64,000 nucleotides of DNA from Clostridia bacterium (GTDB lineage: Bacteria > Bacillota > Clostridia > Oscillospirales > Oscillospiraceae): positions 95 to 64,094 of the forward strand of contig SAAS01000009.1 of the NCBI GenBank assembly GCA_009929315.1, in the 5' to 3' direction. The notes beneath the pieces were generated by a model that ran no database searches, was not told the DNA's origin, and saw only the letters and a list, made by a program, of their open reading frames with translations. Numbering within the stretch: position 1 is the first letter of the stretch; the number at the start of each line of letters is the position of its first letter. The position numbers and the translations under genes are program-made. This document shows positions 56,562-64,000 of the stretch, piece by piece.

Positions 56562-57311
56562 TCAAATCTCGGTTAATGGAATAGCAGAGCCGATATCGAA
56601 AATCGGCTTGTCCGTCAGAAAAACAGGCTTAATATTGTGAAGCTTCAAAAAGCCCAAAATATCAGCTTTGCTGGGGTGATCATTTATTGTTCCGGTGAAA
56701 GCAAGCTCGTCCGCGGAAATCTTAAAAGCCGCGCCGCCTATAAAGCCATGTGCAAAACCCTGCAGCTGTATTCCGCAGGAAGAAATCTCAAGAACATCCA
56801 TTCCCTGCTCTCGCATGGCTTTTATAATACCCGAATCGGAGCTGATTGCTGCGTTTTCATTAATCAGGCAGGCGGAACATTTGGCGTAGCCCTGATTTAC
56901 ATGAATTAGTTTTTCGACGTAACAGCTATTTATGAGTGGGTCGCAAATATCCTCATTATGAAAAAGCTTACTGCCGTTTGTCAGAGCGCAAAGAAAGGCG
57001 TCACTCGGATATTTCGGCGAGATGTCGGAGGCGGAATAGCAGATTTTTGCGCCCATTTGAGTTAGCTTGTCTGAAAAAGAGCTGCCGATAAGCGATTTCG
57101 CAAGGACAAATGCCTCTCCTCCGAGATGAAAGAGGCTAAGATCAATGTGCGAGGATAGCCGTGAGTCGAGTAAGCTGTTTTTCGGGCAAGACAGCGCTAT
57201 AATTCCAAAGGGCTCAAGCGCCGTTGAAATTATAGCGGCATAGTCCTCACCTACTGCTACGACGGCTACCCTACTATTTGGCAGATTAGGGAGAATAACA
57301 AAGTGCGGCAT
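56562..57311 (-). CDS. conserved hypothetical protein (possibly amidinotransferase/GME-fold, DUF6873-like; weak recollection)
   Basis: Clean 249-aa ORF with host-like composition. Only weak motif impressions support the fold assignment (HIDLSLFHLG, GYAKCS, HGFIGGA). Confidence 0.45.
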   Translation of the reverse strand: MPHFVILPNLPNSRVAVVAVGEDYAAIISTALEPFGIIALSCPKNSLLDSRLSSHIDLSLFHLGGEAFVLAKSLIGSSFSDKLTQMGAKICYSASDISPKYPSDAFLCALTNGSKLFHNEDICDPLINSCYVEKLIHVNQGYAKCSACLINENAAISSDSGIIKAMREQGMDVLEISSCGIQLQGFAHGFIGGAAFKISADELAFTGTINDHPSKADILGFLKLHNIKPVFLTDKPIFDIGSAIPLTEI

Positions 57312-57332
57312 AATAACTCCTGAACCGACAAT

Positions 57333-58694
57333 TTACAAAACCGCGGTAATCGCCTCTCGAATGTTTTTCACCGAGATGAGTTCAAGCCCCTTCGGAGCAC
57401 GAATATCGTCACGGACATGGGCAGGAATTACGCAGCGTTTAAAACCCAGTCTTGCGATTTCACTCAGGCGCTGGTTAAGAGCGTTTACGCTCCTTATCTC
57501 CCCTGTCAGTCCGACTTCACCGACAGCGGCAAGGTCATTGCCGATTGCTTTATCGCGGTGGCTTGAAGCGATTGCGAGAACAGTTGCCAAATCGACCGCG
57601 GGTTCGTTGAGCTCGAGTCCGCCGATTACGTTTATATAGGCGTCGCAGCTTCCGACAGGGATACCGCCGCGCTTTTCAAGTACGGCGAGCAGGAGTGTTG
57701 CGCGGTTATAATCTATCCCGTTTGCATTTCGGCGTGCACCGCTGAAACCCGCGGGAGATATGAGTGCCTGAATTTCGGCAAGAATCGGGCGTGTACCCTC
57801 CATAACGCAGGTAACACATGTGCCGGGGCTGTTTAGCGGTCTGCCCGAAAGCAGCATTTCCGAAGGATTTTTAACCTCGGAAAGGCCTCTATCCCCCATT
57901 TCAAAAACGCCTATCTCGTTTGTAGACCCAAAACGGTTTTTCGCTGCTCTCAAAATTCGGTAACTAAGACCGCGCTCGCCCTCAAAATAGAGAACGCAGT
58001 CGACCATGTGCTCAAGAACTTTCGGGCCTGCGATAGCACCTTCCTTGTTAACATGTCCGACAATGAAGGCGGTCAAATTTCCGCTCTTAGCAAGCTGCAT
58101 TATCGCCATTGTGCAGTCCTTAACCTGTGTTACGCTGCCGGGGCTTGCGGTAAGCTCGGGATTATACATGGTTTGAACCGAATCGATAATCAGTACATCG
58201 GGCTTAAGCTCGCCGACTGCGGAAATAATCTCGTTAAGATCGGTTTCGGCCAGCACATAAAGCTGATTAGTGTCAGCGCCGAGGCGTTCGGCGCGCATTT
58301 TGAGCTGGCGTTTGCTTTCCTCTCCCGTGACATAGAGAATCTTTTCCCTTTTGTCGGCTTTGCCGCAAAATTGAAGCAGTAAGGTGGATTTTCCGATTCC
58401 CGGAGCGCCGCCGACAAGTACCAAGGAGCCTCGAACAGCTCCCCCGCCCAGTACACGGTCAAATTCATCAAAACCTGTTGAAAAGCGGATTTCATCGTCC
58501 GTCCCTAAATCGGAAAGAAGCTCCGGGCGGTTAATCGGGGTTCTTCTCGACGAGAAGGAAGCCCCGCTTTTAGTTTTAGCTTCGGCGGGCGCTTCGACAA
58601 TTGTGTTCCATGCGCCGCAAGAGGGGCATCTTCCCGACCATTTGGGCGATTCATAACCGCAATCCGAGCAGAAAAACACCGTTTTTGATTTCAT
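57333..58694 (-). CDS. radA: DNA repair protein RadA
   Basis: N-terminal zinc finger CSDCGY...CPSCGAWN, Walker A GAPGIGKST, KNRFG motif, Lon-like C-terminus. Start at the ATG at 58694 behind GAAGGTG. Confidence 0.95.
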   Translation of the reverse strand: MKSKTVFFCSDCGYESPKWSGRCPSCGAWNTIVEAPAEAKTKSGASFSSRRTPINRPELLSDLGTDDEIRFSTGFDEFDRVLGGGAVRGSLVLVGGAPGIGKSTLLLQFCGKADKREKILYVTGEESKRQLKMRAERLGADTNQLYVLAETDLNEIISAVGELKPDVLIIDSVQTMYNPELTASPGSVTQVKDCTMAIMQLAKSGNLTAFIVGHVNKEGAIAGPKVLEHMVDCVLYFEGERGLSYRILRAAKNRFGSTNEIGVFEMGDRGLSEVKNPSEMLLSGRPLNSPGTCVTCVMEGTRPILAEIQALISPAGFSGARRNANGIDYNRATLLLAVLEKRGGIPVGSCDAYINVIGGLELNEPAVDLATVLAIASSHRDKAIGNDLAAVGEVGLTGEIRSVNALNQRLSEIARLGFKRCVIPAHVRDDIRAPKGLELISVKNIREAITAVL

Positions 58695-58708
58695 ATAAAG
58701 CACCTTCG

Positions 58709-59428
58709 CTATTCATCTAAGTATTGGAGATAGGCGCAGGTCAGCGCCATTGCGATTTTAAGCCTGTAGCTGTCTTTATCAAGAAGCTTTGATTCCTCAG
58801 GGTTCGAAATAAACCCGCACTCAATAAGAGCGGCGGGACAAGTGATATTTTTAAAAAGATAAACGCTTTTATCAACAGGTGTCGCAATGCGCCTGTTTTC
58901 GGGACACAGACTAAAGTTCATTGAGTTTTGAATTAAAACCGAGAGGTTGCTGCTTGCATCGTTAACAGAATAAAACGACTGCGGGCCGTGCGGCGAGGCA
59001 TGCGGATAGCAGTTTTGATGTATACTGATTAAAACCGCGTTTGCTGTACTGTTAATAAGTTCAACTCTCTGCTTCTGGTCATACTTCTTTTTGCTCGCGA
59101 TGCTTTTTGCGGACTCGGGATAAGAAATGTCCTCACTGTCGCGTGTCATAATAAAATCAGTTCCGCAAAGCTGACAAAGAGCCGCCATTTTGAGCGCAAT
59201 TTCAAGATTGATCTCGCTTTCGTAAGTACCTGTGAGCGAAACGGCTCCGCCGTCGGCTCCGCCGTGTCCCGGATCGATAACAAGCAGGGGCATTTCAGAA
59301 TTAGTAAACGTAAAAAGCGGCAAAAAACCGTAATTCTCAGCGAACAAGAGAAAAACCGCCGCCGAAAGCACCGCCGCTATCATAAGAAAAATAAATAGTA
59401 AGCCGCTCAGCTTTATCGTTTTTATCAC
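58709..59428 (-). CDS. cwlD: N-acetylmuramoyl-L-alanine amidase (Amidase_3, CwlD-like)
   Basis: VIDPGHGGADGGA and SIHQN motifs. Start at the GTG at 59428 behind AAAGAGGTGA. The ORF-track start is a TTG at 59476. Confidence 0.75.
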   Translation of the reverse strand: MIKTIKLSGLLFIFLMIAAVLSAAVFLLFAENYGFLPLFTFTNSEMPLLVIDPGHGGADGGAVSLTGTYESEINLEIALKMAALCQLCGTDFIMTRDSEDISYPESAKSIASKKKYDQKQRVELINSTANAVLISIHQNCYPHASPHGPQSFYSVNDASSNLSVLIQNSMNFSLCPENRRIATPVDKSVYLFKNITCPAALIECGFISNPEESKLLDKDSYRLKIAMALTCAYLQYLDE

Positions 59429-59583
59429 AGCAATCACCTCTTTGTATCCTATGGTAAAGCCATGACCGCTATGCAATTAAAAAACCTTGCGCCTATTATA
59501 TAATTGCCCGCAGAGTAAGTCAACACAGGTGAAAAAGCAAAATAAACCCCCAAGCCAAATTATCAGCTTGGGGGCTTTTAGCT

Positions 59584-61017
59584 TTATACTTTTAATTCGC
59601 CGTTATTCTCGCTCAATAAGTGCGCGTAGCTTTCTAAAACAGGTTTAACGTCTTTAGCTAAAAATTCCGTCACCTGCTCGGGTGAACGCCCGACATATTT
59701 TACGGCGTCAAGACTTGCCATAATCTCTTGCTCGTCAAGACCGAACAGCGGGTCGGAAGCGATTCTCTTTACGAGGTCGTTCGGAAGTCCCTGCTCTTTG
59801 ACCACCGCTCCCGCGGCAATCGAATGAACGCGGATACGCTCGTGCAGCGCCTGACGGTCACCGCCCTTTTTTACTGCGTCCATCATAATGTTTTCAGTTG
59901 CCATGAAGGGCAGTTCCTCGGCCAAGTGTTTTTCAATGACCTTCTCATAGACCTTAATCCCCGAAGCGACATTGAGATAAATGTTAAGCATTGAGTCCAC
60001 CGCAAGAAATGCTTCCGGCACAGAAATGCGCTTATTCGCCGAATCGTCCAGAGTACGCTCAAACCACTGATTGTAGGAGGTCAGCGCGGGATTCTGTGCA
60101 TCTACTATGACATAACGGGCAAGGGAACAGATTCGCTCACAGCGCATTGGATTACGCTTATACGGCATTGCGGATGAGCCGATCTGGTTCGTTTCAAAGG
60201 GCTCCTCAAGCTCCTTCTCGTGGGACAAAAGACGCATATCGGTGGCAAATTTTCCCGCGCTCTGGGCAATTCCTGACAAGGTCGCCAAAACAGCTGCGTC
60301 AATTTTTCTTGAATAAGTCTGCCCCGAAACAGGAACGCAGGCCTCAAATCCCATTTCCTCGGCAATAAGCCGCTCAAGCTCAACGCACTTAGAGTGGTCG
60401 CCGTCGAAGAGCTCCAAAAAGCTTGCCTGTGTGCCCGTTGTGCCCTTTGAGCCGAGCAGTTTCAGGGAGGCGATACGGTAATTAACTTCATCAAGGTCGA
60501 GCAGCAAATCGTTAATCCACAAAGTTGCGCGCTTTCCGACGGTTGTCAGCTGCGCCGGCTGAAAATGAGTGAAGCCGAGAGTCGGTACGGACTTATATTT
60601 ATCCGCGAACGCCGCAAGACGGGATATGGTATTGACAAGCTCGCTGCGAATAAGCTCAAGTCCTTCGCGCATTATGATAATATCTGTATTGTCGCCAACG
60701 TAGCAGCTTGTCGCGCCCAAATGAATTATCGGCATAGCCTTAGGGCACTGTCTGCCGAAGGCATGGACATGGGCCATAACGTCGTGGCGAAGCTTCTTCT
60801 CCATTTCGGCGGCATACTCATAGTCGACTACTTGCGCATGGGCTTCCATTTCGGAAACTTGCTCCTGAGTTACAGGAAGGCCAAGACGCATTTCGGCTCT
60901 GGCGAGGGCAATCCATAATTTGTGCCAAGTGGTAAATTTCTTGTCTGGCGAAAAAATATACTGCATTTCACTGCTTGCATAGCGTGAACACAGCGGGCTT
61001 TCATAAGTGTTTTTCAT
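59584..61017 (-). CDS. purB: adenylosuccinate lyase
   Basis: SPLCSRYAS N-terminus and the fumarate-lyase signature GSSAMPYKRNP. Start at the ATG at 61017. The ORF-track start is a TTG at 61041. Confidence 0.93.
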   Translation of the reverse strand: MKNTYESPLCSRYASSEMQYIFSPDKKFTTWHKLWIALARAEMRLGLPVTQEQVSEMEAHAQVVDYEYAAEMEKKLRHDVMAHVHAFGRQCPKAMPIIHLGATSCYVGDNTDIIIMREGLELIRSELVNTISRLAAFADKYKSVPTLGFTHFQPAQLTTVGKRATLWINDLLLDLDEVNYRIASLKLLGSKGTTGTQASFLELFDGDHSKCVELERLIAEEMGFEACVPVSGQTYSRKIDAAVLATLSGIAQSAGKFATDMRLLSHEKELEEPFETNQIGSSAMPYKRNPMRCERICSLARYVIVDAQNPALTSYNQWFERTLDDSANKRISVPEAFLAVDSMLNIYLNVASGIKVYEKVIEKHLAEELPFMATENIMMDAVKKGGDRQALHERIRVHSIAAGAVVKEQGLPNDLVKRIASDPLFGLDEQEIMASLDAVKYVGRSPEQVTEFLAKDVKPVLESYAHLLSENNGELKV

Positions 61018-61125
61018 CGGTGCACAACCTTTCATCGACAATTATATTAGTTTGTGCCGAACAAAGCAATAGCTTTATTGAAGAACAAGGCTTTTGAGCT
61101 TTGCGCCCAAAAGCCTTGCTTAATG

Positions 61126-62316
61126 TTAACTTTTAAGAAATGTCTCAAGTCTGTTCAGACCCTCGCGAATGTTTTCCATTGAAGCGGCGTAGGTCCATCG
61201 GACAAAATTTGGTGCTCCGAAGCCCGAACAGGGAACAACGGCAACCTTAGCCTGCTCAAGGAAGGCAACGGCGAAATCATCATCGTTTTCAATCAGCTTT
61301 CCGCCGTAGGTTTTGCCGATTTGCTCCTTCAGGTTCATCATAACATAGAATGCTCCGTCGGGAACGATACAACTGACGCCCTCAATTTCGTTCATGCGCT
61401 TAACAATGTAGTTGCGGCGAACCTCAAAAACCTTGCGCATCGCTTCGATACCGTCCTGCGGACCGGCAAGGGCCTCAATTGCGGCGATCTGGTTCATTGT
61501 CCCGGGCGCGCCCGTGGAATGGCTCAAATAGTTTGCCATAATCTTTGAAATCTTGGGATTTGCCGCGGCATAGCCTATGCGCCAGCCCGTCATGGCATAA
61601 GACTTTGAAACGCCTGTAATCAGTATCGTGCGCTCGTAAGTGTCCTGTGAAAGGGTCGCTATGCTGACAAATTCCTTACCGTCATAAACCAGACCGCTGT
61701 AAATCTCATCGGCGATGATGTAGATGTCGTGCTTTTTGCAGACCTCGGCAATTTTCACGAGCTCCTCGCGAGTATACAGCATACCGGTAGGATTTGACGG
61801 GTTGTTAATCATAATTGCCTTTGTCTTGGAACTGATTGCGCCCTCGAGCTGTTCGGGGGTGATTTTGAAGTGCTGCTCCTCCCCTGCCTCGACAATAACG
61901 GGAACACCGCCTGCCATGCGAATCATCTCATAGTAACTGACCCAGAAAGGAGCCGGAAGAACAACCTCATCGCCGGGATTTAAAATTGCTACAAGCGCTA
62001 TATAAACACTGTGCTTGGCTCCGCTTGCGACAGTAATCTGAGTAAACTCGTAATCGAGATTGAAGTCGAGCTTAAGCCTTGCAGCCGCGGCTTTTCTGAG
62101 ATTTATAAGACCCGCCGCAGGCGTGTATTTCGTCTTTCCTTCGTTTATGGCCTTAATTCCCGCAGCCTTTATATTATCCGGAGTATCGAAATCCGGTTCT
62201 CCGGTTCCGAATCCGATGACATCAAGTCCGTCTGCCTGCATTTGCTTTGCCAACGCGTCAACCGCTAAAGTTGTGGAGGCTCTGACCTCCGAAGCCGCTC
62301 TTGATAATTCTTTCAT
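61126..62316 (-). CDS. pyridoxal-phosphate-dependent aminotransferase (aspartate aminotransferase-like, class I)
   Basis: GEPDFDTP, NPSNPTG and SKSYAMTGWR (PLP lysine) motifs. Start at the ATG at 62316 behind GGAAGGTG. Confidence 0.85.
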   Translation of the reverse strand: MKELSRAASEVRASTTLAVDALAKQMQADGLDVIGFGTGEPDFDTPDNIKAAGIKAINEGKTKYTPAAGLINLRKAAAARLKLDFNLDYEFTQITVASGAKHSVYIALVAILNPGDEVVLPAPFWVSYYEMIRMAGGVPVIVEAGEEQHFKITPEQLEGAISSKTKAIMINNPSNPTGMLYTREELVKIAEVCKKHDIYIIADEIYSGLVYDGKEFVSIATLSQDTYERTILITGVSKSYAMTGWRIGYAAANPKISKIMANYLSHSTGAPGTMNQIAAIEALAGPQDGIEAMRKVFEVRRNYIVKRMNEIEGVSCIVPDGAFYVMMNLKEQIGKTYGGKLIENDDDFAVAFLEQAKVAVVPCSGFGAPNFVRWTYAASMENIREGLNRLETFLKS

Positions 62317-62494
62317 AACCGCACCTTCCAATTGACTGAATACTGAAATTATTATAATCCCAATTCTTCATCTTTGCAAGCATAATAGGCGTATTTGCCC
62401 AGAATGTATATATTTATGCATAATAGCAAAACCGAACGATGCAAAATTATGCTCCAAGTACATTATAATCACTTTCTTGCATTACTGTTAAAGG

Positions 62495-62533
62495 TAAAAA
62501 TTAACTGCGGCTCACGATTGAAACCGCAGTTAA
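62495..62533 (-). terminator. rho-independent terminator after the feoB operon
   Basis: TTAACTGCGG...CCGCAGTTAA stem with a U-run on the minus strand. Confidence 0.7.
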
Positions 62534-62546
62534 TCATTTTGTCTTG

Positions 62547-62771
62547 CTATTTTGGTTTATCTGCTTTCTTTATAACGATGTTATTGTCGCAGCTTTTATA
62601 ATCGCAGCCTGTGCAGCCGCCGCAGCTTGAGCAGTCGCCGCTGCAGGAGCAAAAGCTTTTCTTCCCTCTGCGAATCAGCCCGGCAACAATAAGCACGGTT
62701 ATGCCCAGAACAACAGCTCCGACGATGAGCGTTCCCAAATTTTCAGTAATAAATGTAAGCATATTAAGCAC
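62547..62771 (-). CDS. FeoB-associated Cys-rich membrane protein
   Basis: One TM helix followed by CSCSGDCSSCGGCTGCDYKSCD, immediately after and overlapping the feoB stop. Confidence 0.7.
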   Translation of the reverse strand: MLNMLTFITENLGTLIVGAVVLGITVLIVAGLIRRGKKSFCSCSGDCSSCGGCTGCDYKSCDNNIVIKKADKPK

Positions 62772-64000
62772 CTGCCTTGCTTTCTGACTTGTATGGGTTT
62801 TTTCTGAGTATAAGATATATAAAGCCTGCCAGAAGTATAAACGCGGCTGCCGTCCATATTCCGAAGTTGCCGCCCTTCAAAAGTAGTGCCAGCTGATTAA
62901 ATATCAGTGAGACGACATAGGCAAAAATAGTTAGGTAAGCAAGCGCCGCAAAGGTCCACTTTCCGCTGTTCATTTCTCTCTTTATTGCGCCCATTGCGGC
63001 AAAGCAAGGTGCGCACAGCAGGTTAAACATCATAAAGCTGTATGCTGAGATAGTCGTGAAATCCTGTGCAAGCCTCGGCAGATAGTCACCGCCGTTTGAT
63101 GCAGCCGAATTGATACCGTAGAGGATTCCGAAGGTCGCTACAATAGTTTCCTTGGCGAGGAGACCTGATATGCTTGCAACCGCAGCCTGCCAATGACCAA
63201 AGCCCAAGGGAACGAAAATCGGAGCGATAAACTTGCCGAGATAAGCAAGGAGACTGTAGTTGTTGTCACTTATCATTGCGAGTCTGCCGTTTTCAATTCC
63301 GAACGCCTGCAAAAACCATAGGACTATTGAGGACACCAGAATCAGGGTTCCCGCTTTCACGACGAAGGAGGATACTCGCTCCCATGTAGCCCTGAATATG
63401 TTTTTTGACGAGGGCGTATGATAAGGAGGAAGCTCCATAACAAAGGGCGCCTCCGCTCCGGCAAAGGGTCTCGTTTTTTTAAGTATTATTCCCGAAATAA
63501 TGACAGAGGCGATCCCCAAAAAATATGCCGAGGTGGCAACCCAGCCGCTTCCGCCGAACAAGGCTCCCGCAATCAAACCGACGAAGGGCATTTTCGCTCC
63601 GCAGGGAATAAATGAGGTGGTCATAATTGTCATTCGCCTGTCACGCTCATTTTCGATTGTGCGCGAAGCCATAATCCCGGGAACGGAGCAGCCGGAACCG
63701 ATGAGCATCGGAATGAAGCTTTTTCCCGAAAGTCCGAAGCGACGAAAGACCTTATCCATTATGAAGGCAATTCTCGACATATAGCCAATATCCTCAAGCA
63801 AGGAAAGCATGAGAAATAAAATCAGCATTTGCGGCAAAAAGCCGAGCACGGCTCCCACGCCGGCAATAATTCCGTCAACAACAAGCCCTGAGAGCCACGG
63901 GGCGACGCTTATGCTTTGAAACCACAATGACAGGTTTCCGCTTATCAGCTTTGAGAACAGCGTATCGTTAACCCAGCCCGACGCCCAGCTCCCCAAGGTG
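62764..64000 (-). CDS. feoB: ferrous iron transport protein B, C-terminal membrane domain (N-terminus lies beyond the window end)
   Basis: Polytopic sequence typical of the FeoB gate and C-terminal domains. The reading frame remains open to position 64000. Confidence 0.88.
   Translation of the reverse strand, partial: TLGSWASGWVNDTLFSKLISGNLSLWFQSISVAPWLSGLVVDGIIAGVGAVLGFLPQMLILFLMLSLLEDIGYMSRIAFIMDKVFRRFGLSGKSFIPMLIGSGCSVPGIMASRTIENERDRRMTIMTTSFIPCGAKMPFVGLIAGALFGGSGWVATSAYFLGIASVIISGIILKKTRPFAGAEAPFVMELPPYHTPSSKNIFRATWERVSSFVVKAGTLILVSSIVLWFLQAFGIENGRLAMISDNNYSLLAYLGKFIAPIFVPLGFGHWQAAVASISGLLAKETIVATFGILYGINSAASNGGDYLPRLAQDFTTISAYSFMMFNLLCAPCFAAMGAIKREMNSGKWTFAALAYLTIFAYVVSLIFNQLALLLKGGNFGIWTAAAFILLAGFIYLILRKNPYKSESKAGA

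Noticed and set aside
1-64000. CRISPR arrays, rRNA genes, transposases, integrases, phage structural genes
   Set aside because: Reading the intergenic regions, the longest of which are about 470 nt or less, showed no regularly spaced direct repeats. No ORF had transposase, integrase or phage signatures.

Overview
This window looks like a chromosomal segment from a Gram-positive anaerobe of the Clostridia type. That inference rests on gene content: Rex, PPDK, an acyl-CoA dehydrogenase with EtfBA, an SLH wall protein, a CwlD-like amidase, a T-box leader and Bacillus-type Pho boxes. No database search was possible. Most of it is densely packed housekeeping DNA, mainly on the minus strand. Recognisable genes and clusters are ppdK, mnmE, rex, thrC, yraN-rnhB-ylqF-lepB-rplS, a complete pstSCAB-phoU-phoPR phosphate locus, ilvE, ackA, etfBA with an acyl-CoA dehydrogenase, radA, purB, an aspartate aminotransferase and feoB. 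There is also a tRNA-Asp/tRNA-Thr pair. Five things stand out. (1) Positions 1-2054 form a strongly AT-rich island of small single-gene cassettes, each bounded by the same roughly 75-nt composite repeat. It includes a translationally coupled zinc-ribbon plus membrane-protein pair that runs off the window. (2) An AT-rich orphan gene at 18744-19475 encodes a coiled-coil protein with a C-terminal HEPN-type RNLCDH motif. (3) A well-formed T-box leader whose specifier loop I read as UAC (Tyr) controls an ANL-family acyl/aryl-CoA ligase rather than an aminoacyl-tRNA synthetase, and it sits just downstream of two tandem LysR paralogs. (4) An SPFH (YdjI-like) gene ends at a TAG that is followed in frame by 89 start-less codons encoding three tandem zinc ribbons. 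(5) Candidate Pho boxes and a Rex-like operator are present. I saw no rRNA, CRISPR array, transposase or integrase. All functional calls come from reading motifs in the supplied translations.
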